This document shows, piece after piece, positions 1-13,500 of a DNA stretch of 64,000 nt. The DNA lies in assembly GCA_951406725.2 (NCBI GenBank), contig OX597819.1:95666001-95730000 (forward strand). The letters run 5' to 3'. The first letter of the stretch is position 1. Every line of letters begins with the position of its first letter. Both the position numbers and the translations under genes were made by a program. The stretch is from Octopus vulgaris (Eukaryota). Below the pieces are notes generated by a model. That model had not been told where the DNA came from and made no database searches. It saw only the letters and a list, made by a program, of their open reading frames with translations.

Positions 1-633
1 AGGTTTTATATCAAGAACTGGTTTAAACTAGAACCTTTTCTTCTAGCATTGAGAAATATGAGAATATCCTTTTAAGTATATGAATAAAAAAATTGGAATA
101 TGATACTCTGCTCAATCATTTCACAGCTAAATTTTGCTAGCTAAATAATTTCAAAGAAATTTGTTCAGAATAGTAAAACCTAGATCAATTTAATTATACA
201 TGTGTAAGTTTCAGTATTAGTATGTATGTGCATATCACATGCACATACACTGTCACACAGTTATAATGCATGTTCCATCTGGTTAAAGTAACCAGCTGTA
301 GAATAAACATTTTTTTTTTATGGCTTAGTCAGGAAAACGCCCTCTTTGATAGAAATCATGCTGGAACTGCAAATATTCAAATATAGAACAGTTGTTTTTG
401 AAAGGACGTCACTAAGTCCCAAATAAACAGCCATACAAAGCTTATAAGTGACCAGGTCCAATTGTTTGGAAGTAGGGATAATCACAAATTTAGACAAATC
501 TATTTCATGAAAAAGTTAGTGAAACCCATCAATTGTGTTCAGTTGCCAGATGAATTAATATTTTTACCATTTTAATTCTTATTTTTATCAACAGTTTTAA
601 TAAATCAACTGATAATATATTCTCCTTCATTGT

Positions 634-870
634 TCATGACTTGCTAGTGTTCTTTTCAATGTCTTGATGGTAGAAATTACGAAGTCTTGACTTGAAGAAT
701 TCATTGAGCCATAATTTCAGCTTCATGTCAGTATTGAATGAGACACCTTGCAGATTGTTGGATAGCAACTGATAAAGGTGATAATTTGAAGGTGCTATAT
801 CAGGAGAATATGGCAGGCATGGTAGAACTTTCCAACTGAGCTCTTGAATTATGTGACACTTCATTGTCAC
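634..870 (-). mobile_element. Mariner transposase C-terminal remnant
   Basis: ORF reads LSWKVLPCLPYSPDIAPSNYHLY, matching the mariner YSPDLAPSDYHLF motif; fragment only. Confidence 0.85.
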
Positions 871-1260
871 ATGTCTGAAAAGAAGTAAAATTTATTCAAA
901 TTTCAAAAATGATAAATAAAAGTTGTAGGGGAAGAATAAAGCTAAAAATTCCATAAAACTGTGATAGAAATATTTTAAATGTTAATTTAAATAACATTGG
1001 AAGGAAATGGAGAATTCCATTTGAAATCCCAATACATAACTCAGGACCTTATAAAACTTGTCTTGATATATGACATAGAAGAAATATAAACCCATGAACA
1101 GTTAAAATAGTTTCTTCTAGTAAGTTATTTGACTACTAATTGGTATCATTGGACATCAAGATTATGAAGTAGCATCACTGACTGTCAACAGCTGTAAATT
1201 TTATGAAAAAGCATGATATAACAGGAAGATTATTATCTACTGTGAAGCATCTGGAAAACT

Positions 1261-1578
1261 ACATTATTTACATTTGACAGATATTTGTCCTCATCTTGTT
1301 TGTTGTTAACATGTTTCAGCTGATATACCCTCCAGCCTTCATCAGGTGTCTTGGGGAAATTTTGAACCTGGGTTCTCATTCTTAAGGTATTTTTTTTATT
1401 GTTGTTATTATTATTATTCAGGTCACTGCCTGGAATAGAACTCGGAATCTTGGGGTTAAGAGTGTGCCTACTAACCCTAAGATTCCAAGTTCAATTCCAG
1501 GCAGTGATCTGAATAATAATAATAACATCAAAAAATACCTTAGGAATGAGAACCCAAGTTCGAAATTTCCCCAAGACA
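1261..1578. mobile_element. Foldback repeat element (tRNA-like head, (AAT)n, hammerhead-bearing tail); Penelope-associated/retrozyme-like
   Basis: 1347-1457 is an imperfect inverted repeat of 1472-1578. B-box-like GTTCAATTCC at ~1489; hammerhead core on the minus strand at 1313-1350. Confidence 0.65.
1306..1350 (-). ncRNA. Minimal hammerhead ribozyme core (probably degenerate)
   Basis: Minus strand reads GACAC-CTGATGA-A-GGCTG-gagggtatat-CAGCT-GAAAC-ATGTT: both conserved core boxes and stem II are present. Stem I/cleavage-site geometry is imperfect. Confidence 0.6.
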
Positions 1579-2989
1579 ACTCAGTAACATACTCTGACCT
1601 ATTCCCTGGTATACAAATCTGATAAATTCAAATCAGTCAACACAAAACTGTTTTGCGCAGATCTTTATTTGTAACTAATTGATCATGCACTGAGTCTGGC
1701 AGTTTCTGGCTGCTTAGTAGCTGTTGAAATATGTGCCAAGAGTAATTAAATACTTTTAAGTTGGTTAATAAGCTCATTTGGAAGGTGCAAGACATGTTTA
1801 TGAGTCTGTTGTCTTCAGACATCTCTGTTATATGCATAAAAAACAACTACCACTTCGTTATATGCATGAAAAACGCCAAATACTAAGATTTGATATTTTA
1901 AATTATAAGTTTATTTTTGTGAGCAGTAAATGGGATAGAAATATCATTAAAAAACTTTTTGATGCATATCGATAAAATTGGTATATGTCATGATATAGAG
2001 TAACTAGTTTTATAATATCATTTGCTATTTGCATATAATTGAAAACATGTATACCATGTTTATCACAAACTAGTTACATTATCTTTGTTGAATTTTCTAA
2101 TTGTAATGAAGACAGAACTTCATCAAGTTTTTCAAAAGAATAATATACAAGCCTCCTCCAATATTTATTTCAAGCTCCACCATATATGATGAATGAAATT
2201 TGTACAAAAGTACTCAAACACGTGTATGTATGTGTGTGTGTGTATTTGATGCACCTCTCTAGACACTTCATTATATCAGAAGTGCTGAAGTAATCTATGG
2301 CCTACTTTTGTTGGGACATTTCTAGCAATTTTCTGTAGAACATCTATAATTGAAATTCAAACATGCTTGAAGTGTGCACATCACACCCTGCATCATCAGA
2401 GCATGAGTGTTGAGTAAACAATGGTATTGTAAAAACTTTTTTTTTAGAAATCTCTTGCTTCAAAATACAGATATTAATCCAAGTGAAAATCATATTGACC
2501 AACTTGAGAATCACTTTGATTATAATAAAAATGATAGAGGAAGTTTACTTGAATTTCCTAAAAGATTACTAAAACATTAATATAAGAATGAGCACCACTT
2601 ACTCTAAAGAGTGACACTGCCAAAGATTAAGTTGCAGTATACTTTAATAACTTGCCTGTCAAGAACTTCCATACAAATAATATCCCAATTTGAAAAGACA
2701 TTAGTAACATGATTCAAATTCAGTGTACTTCAATCCTCAACAATACAATGTCACAACTTGAAACTAAAAGGAGAAGCACCAGTCATCTGGCTTCGTAATA
2801 TTGATGTTTCAATGACACCAGTTAATAGTCAAGTAACTTACTAAAAGAAACTATTTTAACTGTTCAAGGGTTTACATTTCAATTTCAAACACCTCCAGTT
2901 TCCAGTGAGTTTATGGCTTATAATGACAATAAACTAATCTGAAATACAAACTATTAAGGTATGGAGGAAATTGTCATTTTATATTTGCT

Positions 2990-3200
2990 TTCAGATGGGT
3001 CAGAGGCCCAAAGTTTTATTTTTGGCTTGGTTTCTATGGTTGAATGCCCTCTCTACTACCAACCACTGTACTGAGTGTACTGGGTATTTTATTCATGGCA
3101 TCAGCACTAAGGAGGTTGTTTACATCTTCAAGACTAATGGGACACCTGACATCACATTTAACAGTGTACTGAGTTCATTTTATCATGGTACCAGCTCTAG
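2990..3200 (-). mobile_element. Degenerate RTE 3'-tail fragment
   Basis: TTGGTTTCTATGGTTGAATGCCCT...CAACCAC resembles the reverse complement of the LINE tail at 45900-45945. Confidence 0.55.
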
Positions 3201-4281
3201 AGAGGAGTAAGAATATGATGGATAGCAAGAGGTGGGGTTGGATGATGGATGTTGAAACCAAATGGACAGTGGGAGACTGTTGAATAGCTGAAGTACCTGC
3301 CTATCTGATGAAGTCCTTTAAGCCCATGCCTCAAGTTAGGTAAGAGAGCAAGGGTGATAAGGATGAAAGGAAAGTGTGATGTTGGTGAAAGGACAATATA
3401 GATGTATTCCTATGCTGGCATGGGTTGGCTGAGTTGTTGCTGCTACTAAGTGTGTCAGAGGATCACATCTTGTTCAGTAAATAGAAAATATCCTTTGTCA
3501 TATTGGCAGCATAGTGTAGGGAGATTAAGATGAGCAATAGGGGCATAAATATGACAGGTAAAGGCATGGGTAATAGTGGCATAAGTGATGAACAGGTATG
3601 TGATAAAGCGATTTATTCATTTCCATCTGTTGGCTGTCATGTTTAAAGTATCTCATCTTAAAAGGGTGTTATATTATTCTTCAGTGAAAGTATCCTTTTG
3701 ATCTAGAGGAGTATTTAGTTTAGACAGCAGACCAGAGTATTTCAGTATTGTTGGTGCTCATTTCCTCAGCTTAGTGTTATGCAGTGTTAGTTTTATGGAA
3801 TTTCTAAATTTCAGTGGGCGAATATACTGAGCATGCCCGCTCCTGAATCTTTTGCTTGAGGCAGATGTAGTTTTTCTGATTGTTTATCAATGATATCTTG
3901 GCTTGATAAACTAATTGCATTTGACTGTCTGGTATGCAATTCTCCAAACTAAACTAAAGCCTATGGGCTCTATCCACTGCTAATGCCTTGGATCATAGGT
4001 TTTCTATTGGATTGCACTGTGGTGATCTATGTGAATGGAGCTCTCTCTGTCAACTCTGATGTGTCCCAAAGTTTAGTTTTATTCTCCACACACACACTTC
4101 TGTCAATGATCTGCATACTGTCCTCTCATACAGCCATATGCAACTTTGACACCATGCTAAATGTATGTCTTCATGGACCAAAAGCATTTTCTGTTAGAGT
4201 TATGCCAGTCTTGTTTTCTTCAATAGCATAAAAATACAATTGCTACATATATCAAGGAAATAATCTTGTCTTCTTCCTTAA

Positions 4282-4730
4282 CCCTTTTGCATTTAAAGCA
4301 GCCATACCTGGCCAAAATATTCTACCTGTTTTACGTTCAAACTGGCTGTGTCTGGCCTCTCACACCAATCTTACAATATCTATTTCTTTACTACCCACAA
4401 GGGGCTAAACACAGAGGGGACAGACAAACGGATTAAGTCGATTACATCGACCCCAGTGCATAACTGGTACTTAATTTATCGACCCCGAAAGGATGAAAGG
4501 CAAAGTTGATCTCGGCGGAATTTGAACTCAAAACGTAACGGCAGATGAAATACGGCTACGCATTTCGCCTGGCATGCTAACATTTCAGCCAGCTCGCCGC
4601 CTTACAATATCTTTCTAAAATTTAAGTTACCTCATCAAAATCTCAAAGCTGCAAAATATTGCATGATTAATTCAAAACAGTGTGAAAAAATAAGCATTAC
4701 TTTTGATGGAATAATTTGAATGCTGAAGGG
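4282..4730. mobile_element. piggyBac-like (TTAA|CCC...GGG) MITE containing a SINE
   Basis: Left end TTAA-CCCTTTTGCATTTAAA, right end TTTGAATGCTGAAGGG. A related copy at 55314-55521 ends AATGCTAAAGGG-TTAA. Confidence 0.65.
4382..4600 (-). mobile_element. tRNA-derived SINE, family B (GCCTTTCATCCTTTCGGGGTCGATAA central domain)
   Basis: B-box GAGTTCAAATTCC on the minus strand; exact 12-bp target-site duplication CTTACAATATCT at 4370-4381 and 4601-4612. Confidence 0.9.
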
Positions 4731-5562
4731 TCACATAAAGAATAAGCAAATAAAACTTCAAAGTCACTACAAATGCTAAGCTTCATTATCATTGATGATC
4801 TCTCATGGCAATCTTATATTTTTATTTCAACAAAAATTGCATCACAAAGGCTGGTCTTTCTCTTCAGGGTCAGAGAATTGCCGTTCTTAATAGTTACAAA
4901 GCTCAAGTGAGACTCAACAAAATATTGTTTCCATATCTTGTAAGATGCTGCTACTTCCTACATGCATACAAACATTCTATATTCTGGCTCCTTTTTTTTT
5001 TTCTTTTTTCTACCACTCTAACCCTGGTCCCTATTCCTCAGAGCTGTTGATTCCATACCATTCTCATTCTATTCAGGGTTGTCTAGCTCATTCATCTCAT
5101 CTCTTGTCTCGTGTATTTTCCTGTGCTAACCACTATACTTAATCTTTCCTCACCAGAATGTCAACTCTGGAATTTCCTTATCCTGTTTTTCCTGCAGCTG
5201 TCGTATTGGAGTTCTGTAGCATCATCAGTGATCTCCAAGAGCTTGCAAAAGCCATGGGCATATTCTCTTTCCCTTATGATGTCACAACAAATAAAAGTTA
5301 GATGAGCATAGAATGTTCAACCCCCTAAAAAGTTCAGTTTCCATCTACCAAATCCACTATCAAAGCTTTGGTTGGCTGGAGACCCTTGCATAAGGTATCA
5401 CATGATGAGGAAGCAAATTTCTCTGCCATACAGTTGTGCCTCTTTTTCAAAAATTCGTTGAAAGTGGTAAATTCTCAATAAATCTGAAAGCTGGCATATT
5501 TCTTATCTGTAAGGGAGGAAGCAACAAGGTCATTGAATAAATTGATATGTATATACATACAT

Positions 5563-5567
<5 letters not shown>

Positions 5568-5614
<47 letters not shown>

Positions 5615-5640
5615 TACACACATACATATATATCTATATA
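5568..5640. repeat. (TA)n/(CA)n microsatellite
   Basis: Visible dinucleotide runs. Confidence 0.95.
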
Positions 5641-6053
5641 TTCAGAGAACACAATAATGTAATGTTTAAGTTGGGAAGGCATTTTAGTTGGAGTCAATTT
5701 GATTAATAGTTTGTTTATGGGAGGTGTTATGTAATGTTTAGGAGATGGTATTGTGTAGTAGGAACAGAAAACCATCTGTTCGTATGTGGGTGGATGAGAG
5801 AGAGTGGATGCAGAAAAGCATCATGACTATAGTGAGAGGCCCATACATGAACATGTAAGTAGATTTTGAGGCAGACTGTGATATGAATGTATATCCATGC
5901 ACAAAAACACACACGTAACATATAGACATGCAAAGAGCCATGCATGCATAAATATCTACAAAATACATTGATAAAATTATATAGATATACAAATATATGG
6001 AGACTAATGTGTTTGTAAAGAGAAGGAATATACTAAAAGCTGTCCTTCCATAT

Positions 6054-6400
6054 ACTCTTTTACTTGTTTCAGTCATTTGACTGCGGCCATGCTGGAGCAC
6101 TGCCTTTAGTTGAGCAAATCGACCCCAGGACTTATTCTATCGGACTCTTTTGCCAAACCGCTAAGTTACGGGGACGTAAACACACCAGCATCAGTTGTCA
6201 AGCGATGCTGGGGGGACAAACACACACACATAAAGATACATATACATATATACGATGGGCTTCTTTCAGTTTCTGTCTACCAAATCCACTCACAAGGCTT
6301 TGGTCGGCCCGAGGCTATAGTAGAAGACACTTGCCCAAGGTGCCACACAGTGGGACCGAACTCGGAACCATGTGGTTGGTAAGCAAGCTACTTACCACAT
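6054..6400 (-). mobile_element. tRNA-derived SINE, family A
   Basis: Reverse complement of the element at 28776-29186 (GTGGTAAGTAGCTTGCTTACCAACCACATGGTTCC...CACCTTGGGCAAGTGTCTT...GACTGAAACAAGTAAAAGAGT). Confidence 0.9.
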
Positions 6401-6734
6401 GGTCACTGCATAGACTTAAAAATCCAAATTCCATCATGTTTTGGGTTTCATTAGTAACTGATTATCCTCTTTAAATGTCCACAAAGATACTACTTTAAAA
6501 ACCTATTATTAAGGGCTTAATTAAAAAGACTAAACTGACTTACAAATACATGTATACCACATTCATGGCAGCAAATTCCGTCAGTAAATTACTGATGCAT
6601 CAACTGTTTTCTTTCAAAGATATACAATGTATTTGAAGATGCTTACATCTATCACATGCAGTATTGGCTAAAAATCCATAGATGCATTCTGAAGTGCAGT
6701 ATAGTATTCATACCAAATATTTAACATGTCATCA

Positions 6735-6900
6735 CCATGACTCTAAAGAAGTTCGCTTTGCAACCATGTGGTCTTGGATTCAGTCCCACTGCACAACATC
6801 TTGGGCAAGTATCTTCTCTCTCCCCAGTCTAATCAAAACCATGTGAATAAATTTGGTAGACAGATACTGAAAGAAACCCATTATGTATGTGTGTGTATCT
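6735..6900 (+). mobile_element. SINE family A, degenerate 5' half
   Basis: CAACCATGTGGTCTTGGATTCAGTCCCACTG...TTGGGCAAGT...TTTGGTAGACAG. Confidence 0.75.
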
Positions 6901-7510
6901 TTTTTCCCTATTGCTCTAGCTAGCTAAATGTTGATATCATTCTTGATGTTTTGTATACCATTTGATGGTTTAGGCTCTGAAAGAATGAATTGTAAAATTT
7001 TCCTTGCTGTAAGTGTAATGTTTAAAATTTCAGATTTTCTCTTTGAACTATTTTCTTTCTCAATTTTTGCTGGCCATAATTTAAATTCATTAATCCTATT
7101 TGACCACTTCTTGAAACCTATGTTGGTTTCTCTATTTCTTTCTTTTCTTTAAACATACATACCTTATTGTTTCAAGACTAAGTATACTGACCCACTCAGT
7201 CAGCCTCTCTCTTTCAATTTGTCTTCCCTCTTTTTCCCCTCCATCTATCTACCTAATTTATTGATATCATTCTAATGTTTTATGCACAATTTAATGTGGG
7301 TTTTTTTTTTCACTCAGAACATTATGTAAAATTTGCCAGACCTTCATGTTTCAAAGCTAAGATTTTCTTTTTGAGCAATGTGTTTTCCACTTACTTTGCT
7401 TGTATCTGATGCAACATCCCTGCCTTTCACTATATCGGCTATTGGTGCCATCATCATTCTCAGTTCTCCCACTCTAGCCCCCTGCTCCCACTATCATGGT
7501 TATGCATGTA

Positions 7511-7569
<59 letters not shown>

Positions 7570-7899
7570 TATATCATCATCATTTAAAGCAGATGTTAAA
7601 TGATGATGATGATGATATATATACATACACACACACACACTCATCCTTACATCTGCTTGTGTACTTGTGCCAATGAATGTTCCTTTCACTAATGCTCTCT
7701 GAAAGTGGCAATGACTGACACCTATAGTGTCAATGATTTTTGTTGTGGTTTGTCAGTGAGTAGTAGAATAAATAGCAAATCAACTTGTTGCAGAAATTAT
7801 CTTTGTTGTGTGCATGATGTACAAGGATCGCAGTATACTGCACACACCTTTTTTATTTCAGAGTTTGAGAACCAAAACAAGCCAACCTTAGTACCACTG

Positions 7900-10610
7900 G
7901 AAGACCTGCTCTTTCTGTCAGGTCAAAAATTTATGGCAGCCACCCTATGTTTGTGTGATTAGATATAGGTCAGATGAGCTTGCAGAAATGCTAAACCATA
8001 ATCAAGTGGATGTGTTCTGTGTGCAGAAATCAAGACAGAGGAGTCTCTTAGCCAAGCAGGCAAGAAACAGGTGTATAAATTCTTCTTGAAAGATAACAGT
8101 GACTTTGTAGATGGAGTTAGTAGTTCTGTTAACAGAAACATGGAAAGATAGGTAGTCATAGTTTGTGATTGAATTATTAAACTTAAACAAGCCAAGCAAA
8201 ACATTTGTGGCTGCTACTCTGCTTATGCACCACATTCAGAGCTGGTGGACAAACAGGATTGTTTTTATGAGTTGCCCCTGCAGACTATTTTATTGTCACA
8301 GCTAGTGGTTTTAATGGATAAGATGAACAGTACCAGGAAGGCCTTTTTTTTTAGCACATGGTATGCATGAGTTCAGTATGAAACATGAATAGGGATCAAA
8401 ACTCCTAGAGTTCTGTGATGCAAACACTCAAGATCTATAACATAAACCTCAGTATATAACATGACCCAGTCACCTAATGAGCTCCCAGTCAGGTGAGTAA
8501 ACAACTAGAATGATTTTAGTTTCATCAGAAAAGGGGATAAATGGGTGACTGTGTGTTGAAACCTTCCCTGGTGATGAATGTATTTTACAACATAGATGAA
8601 TGGTTGGTGACTTTAAAATAAGAGCTATCCTGTCGCAGAGACAAAAGATGATCTGGAAGTAACTGACACTAACGATAGTAAGGAGGAGAGAAAGATATAT
8701 ACCACAGTGCAGAACTGGCAGTTTTTATGTGACAATCTGTTGGGGACTATAGACTAGACTTGTGGCTAGTGCAAGATACCAGCCAAACTCAAGGTTACAT
8801 GGTGGTAAAACAATACTGTAAGCAATGTCATAACAGCAAAGAGAGGTTTGGAAAGATTGCAAGAGAGGGAGAAGCAGATGGTTAAAAAGGAAGCTAAATG
8901 TTAGGCATACATGGCAAAGGAAAGGCAGAAAAGAAACTTGCAAGTATTTTGACATGGGGGACAAATGCATGAGACATTGCCAGACAGTATACTCGAGAAA
9001 ACAGATCTTATTGAGGAGATAATGGCACACTTACTCTCACTGACACTGAAAAGAAAGAGGCATGTAAATGTTACTATGAGAGGTTGTTGAATGTGGAGAA
9101 TGCATAGGGGAGAGAGCCTACTCAATGTAGACCCTACAGAAAGATCAGCCATCCAAGTAAACAGTTTGATAGAGTGGTAAGGAATTGAAAAGTAGGGTAA
9201 GCAAGTGGGCCATCAAGGATAGTCACTGCAAATCTTAAAACATCTAGTAAACTAAGGTACAGAATAGTAAATCAAGTTAAACAAGAAGGTGTCGTAACCA
9301 GTGACAAGGAAAATGCTCTAGAGAGAGAAAACTACACGCGTATCAAACAGTCAAACCAGGTTATGAAAGTTACAGAAAGGATAACTAATTAGGGAAGGGT
9401 TAGTCTGGATGATGCACGGTTTGCTTTTTTGCAGAAAGTAACACTACTAATAACACATTCTTTGTGAGACAACTGCCTGAGAAAAACATGGTTAAGAATA
9501 AGCCTGTATACTTAGCATTTGTCAATTTAGAGAAGACTTTTGACAGGGTCTCCTTGCATTGTGATTTGATTGTCAGTAAGGAAACTAGTAGATGAATGGT
9601 TTGTGAGAGCTGTACAAGCTATGTACGAAGAGGCAGTCAGCAAGATGAGAATCAGCAATGAATTTATTGTGCAGGTAGGAGTACATCAGGGCTTATCTCT
9701 CAGCCCGCACCTATTTATTATAGTCTTCCAAGCATAATAGAGGAATTTAAGATCGGCTGCTTTTGGGTGCTCCTGTATGCTGACAACTCAGCTCTTATAA
9801 TAGCATTTGTAATAAAATTCAAACTAAAATTCCAGTCATGGAAGAAAAATCTGAAATTGAAGGACTTTAAAGTATACTTAGCTAAAACAAAAGTTTTAGT
9901 AAATGGGAAGATAGACTGGATCTTTAAAGCATCAGGAAAATAGCCATACTCCATCTTCAAAAAAGAAATTGATGGAAATTCCATAAAGTGTACCTGCTAT
10001 AAACAATGGGCACAAAATGGTATAGTGGGATCACAAGCAGGCTAACAAAGTAGATTTCATATGCAGCAAGTGCAGTGGGACTATAAACACCTAAGCACAT
10101 TGGAAATGCATTCTCTCAAATGCTGCAATTGTTCCTTAGAAATAGTTAATAGCTTTTGCTACCTAGATGACCAAATTAGCATTGGAGGTAGATGTTCTAA
10201 AAGTGAGTGAGTTAGAATAAGAAGAGGTTGAGGAAAGTCTAGGGAGCTATTACCTTGGCTGACAACAGGGCTTATTCCTCAAGGTCAAAGGTAGATTGCA
10301 TGATGCTTCTATGTGAAAGAAATGGGACAAGTAAGGTTCACTGGATGTATCATGCTACTGTGTATGGACAATAAAGTATAAATGAGCTGAGAGGCAATGT
10401 GAGTTTAAAGAGAATCAGATGGAGCATGCAAGGGAGGAGACTGATGGTATAAGCACATTATATGGATGGAGGATGATAGCTGCATAAGCAAACGTCTAGT
10501 ACTCAAGGTGAATGGCACCTATGGAAGAAGACTCAGGACGAGAATGAAAAATTCTCAATAAGTTATATTTGATGAAGATGTCAGAAGATTGTGTCAAATG
10601 GTGATTTGTA
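7900..10610 (+). mobile_element. Heavily degenerate, near full-length RTE LINE related to the 42-46 kb element
   Basis: Colinear remnants: RSDELAEML..VDVFCVQ, LLEFCDAN, TFPGDEC, KPVYLAFVNLEKTFDRV, QVGVHQG..LSP.LFIIV.Q, LLYADN; many stops and frameshifts. Confidence 0.9.
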
Positions 10611-10689
10611 GTACTTCTTGTTCTTTGGCATAGACAATATACTGTTAATAGTTTGTTATATTCTTGTTAACTTTCTGAATATTATTTAC

Positions 10690-11560
10690 TGATATATTTT
10701 ATTGATCTAGCCATTCCATGTATTTCTACATTAGAATGCCTAACATTTTTAATAGTGAGATGCAGAAAGTGTACTTGTAACTGATTATCAAAACCTACAT
10801 TAAATTCAAATGACCTTAGCAACATTATTCTGATGTCTGTAATGAGGATAGTTTTTAATATTTTGGATAGTAGTTCCCAAGAAATTTTCATGCTATTGTT
10901 TTTGACATTTACTATCAACCACGCATGGCATATTAAGATTATCTCTCTACATAAACTATGTATCATACTTTGTAACAGCTTGAAATAGTCTTGGCTGCAT
11001 TTCTTGATTTGATAGTTCTACAGGCACACATCTACCATATTCTTCTAGATCTAGCTTATAACAACTAGGCCACATTTCTGAAATGTGATAATTCATATAT
11101 AACCTACAACTTCTATAAAATGTCTTTTTAATATTTAAGTTTCATATGGAAGTTCTCTTCATTAAATCTGGTCTATCAGATGTTTGCCTTAGTTACAGTA
11201 ATTTCTTTCCAGTTCTGATTATACATTAAAATAATCTAAAAAATTTAAGTTTTTCTAACTTATATACAATTGCTATGGCATCTTGACATAGTATATTTAT
11301 CTGTCCGGAGTGTCCTATGAAGGTTGGAGGTATAACTGATATTTTACCAATATTCACAATCTTGGAGTTTATGTAATGATAAATAATTTGATATAATTCA
11401 GCTCTAAGTTGTTTTTGGTTAAATGTTATCCACAGTAATCTAGTTACTTCAGTTTTAGAATACATGTCACATTAATATTCTTGAGTGAAGATGATTAAAA
11501 TTATTTTCATGCATAAACTTATAATAATGGAAATAGCTATGCAAGCTACAGTGGCTCTTA
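10690..11560 (-). mobile_element. Helitron Rep/helicase coding remnant
   Basis: MYSKTEVTRLLWITFNQKQLRAELY...IPPTFIGH...QDAIAIV matches the Helitron Rep N-terminal pattern (NQxxLRAELY; LPSSFxGSPR; YQDAMAIV). Confidence 0.8.
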
Positions 11561-11569
11561 CTTCAGATC

Positions 11570-13500
11570 AGTGATTCAGAAACTATTGGTCTGGGCACTC
11601 TACTGATGGATATGCCAGGAGGATAGCAGTTGCAGTAGCTAACTGATGGGTTCTAATGGTATCAGATGTAACACCTGTCAAAGGGCATATTATGTAACTG
11701 AGGATCCCATTTCCTCTGGGTATCATTTCTTTCATTGCAGTGTATGCTGTGAGTGACAGGTCGATGAGGGAGGCATTCTATGCCTGACTATGCTCTGTCA
11801 TTGGGAGTATTTCCAACAGGGACACATCTTTCGTCATGGGAGATTTTACCACATCTACTGGCATTGACAGAATGGGGTATGAGAGTGTCACCAGCCCTTT
11901 TGAGTCCAGTACTAAAAATGAAAATAGTGTGATGCTCCTGGACCTTGCCAGAAGCCACAGAGTTCACATTGCTGGCTCTTGGTATGAATATCCTGAGCTG
12001 CATTGCTGAACTTGGTCTTCTAATACTGGTCATGTGTCAAAGGAGATCAGTCACAAGCTTGTAGACAGCCACTAGAAAGTCTTACAGAACTGCAGGGTTT
12101 TTCAGAGTGTTAGCTTTGTGGGCACTGGTCATAAATTTGTGGTGGCTGAGTTGAGATTATGACTGTAGTCTAAAAGGCTGAAGGCTGCAAATCCCAGATT
12201 ATAGGTCAACAGACTCAAAGACAACAGTGTAAGCAAGACTTTTCACAACAGCTTGGCTCTGTGCTACTTAGGGCTGGTCCCTTGGTTATGCTTGTGAGAA
12301 TGTGAGAAACTTACAAGGACACCCTGCTGTCAACTGCTAGTGAGTGTATTGGTTTCCTTTCCAGGGAGACCCTCACATCAATGGTATGCAGCCACAGGGT
12401 GAGACTGTGGGCCCCCTGCTGATATGCTTTGGGGGCTGAGATGTGGGGTAGTCAGAGCACTGAGGTCTGACAAGGGAAATCATATTCAAGGAATTTGTGA
12501 GGAGGTTGAGCGGCAACTTCACACTTCTGGCTCATGTATTGCTTACAGTGAAATCATAATGCTTAGTGACTTTTTCTCAGTTGGCTCTGGGGGTCTGTCA
12601 AGGTTGTGTTTTGGTTCCTACTCTGTTCAATGTCTGCATAAACTGGATACTTGACCAAATGATGACTTGATTGAGTTGTGGCACACTCATTAGCAAGACT
12701 AGGATTACTAATCTGGATTTTGCTGATGATGCAGTTATTCTTGCTGAGTCTCTGGATGTCTTAAGCAGCACTCTTCTTTCACTAATTGAGATGGAAAAAC
12801 CACTTGGCTTTAGAGTTTCTTGGGTCAAGACAAAAATCCAGTGTTTTATTGGCTTCCTGGAGGACTCCATCTCATCTGCATCTGTTGTAGGTGAGGATGC
12901 TGACCACTTCACTTATCTTGGCAATGTGACCCACAGCTATGAGTTTGAAGTCTTAGAAAGACTAGGATGTCCTGGTACAGTTGTGGACTCACTGGACAAG
13001 AGTGTTTTGTGCTGCTGATATCTGTGCAGGAGGACAAAAGTTCAGATCTTCAAGTCTCTGGTTCTCCCTATCTTCTACAGTTACAAGAGTTGGACACTGT
13101 CCAGAGCCCTTGTGAGCCACCTGAACTCCTTTAGGATTATGGGTTACCATAGGTCAGATTTTGTATCCAACTAATGGTTATTCTCAGAAACTGGGGTATG
13201 TCCTGTTACTTGTATGATTTGGGAGTGTCAGCTCAGACTGTTTGGTCACATTACTTTATTTTTGAAGTTAAATCCTGCATTTTGTGCTCTGTTCTCTGAG
13301 GATCTGGCTGGGGTGACAGCGCATGGCTTGCTAATAGCCATGGCAGATGATGAAATATCTTACAGAGATGAGGACTGACTGGAACACTGCTCAGAGGATT
13401 GCCTGGGATGACCCAAGAAAATACTGGCAATTGGTATATGCAGCAACATATATGCTACATATGGTATATGCTACAATGGCATATGCCCCCATTTCTGACC
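11570..13500 (+). mobile_element. Degenerate, internally deleted RTE (BovB-like) LINE of a second family
   Basis: Endonuclease remnants (ISFIAVYA; SNTGHVSKEISH) and RT motif ITNLDFADDAVILAES...LGFRVSWVKTKIQ...FTYLG. Confidence 0.8.

Larger units (their letters stand above)
3950..5310 (+). mobile_element. Degenerate CR1/Jockey-group LINE RT 3' portion, interrupted by a MITE and SINE
   Basis: WIIGFLLDCTVVIYVNGALSVNSDVSQSLVL resembles WIxSFL..V.VNG..S..NSGVPQGSVL; YKAQVR and FYH...YSSEL motifs follow downstream; A-rich end near 5290. Confidence 0.6.
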
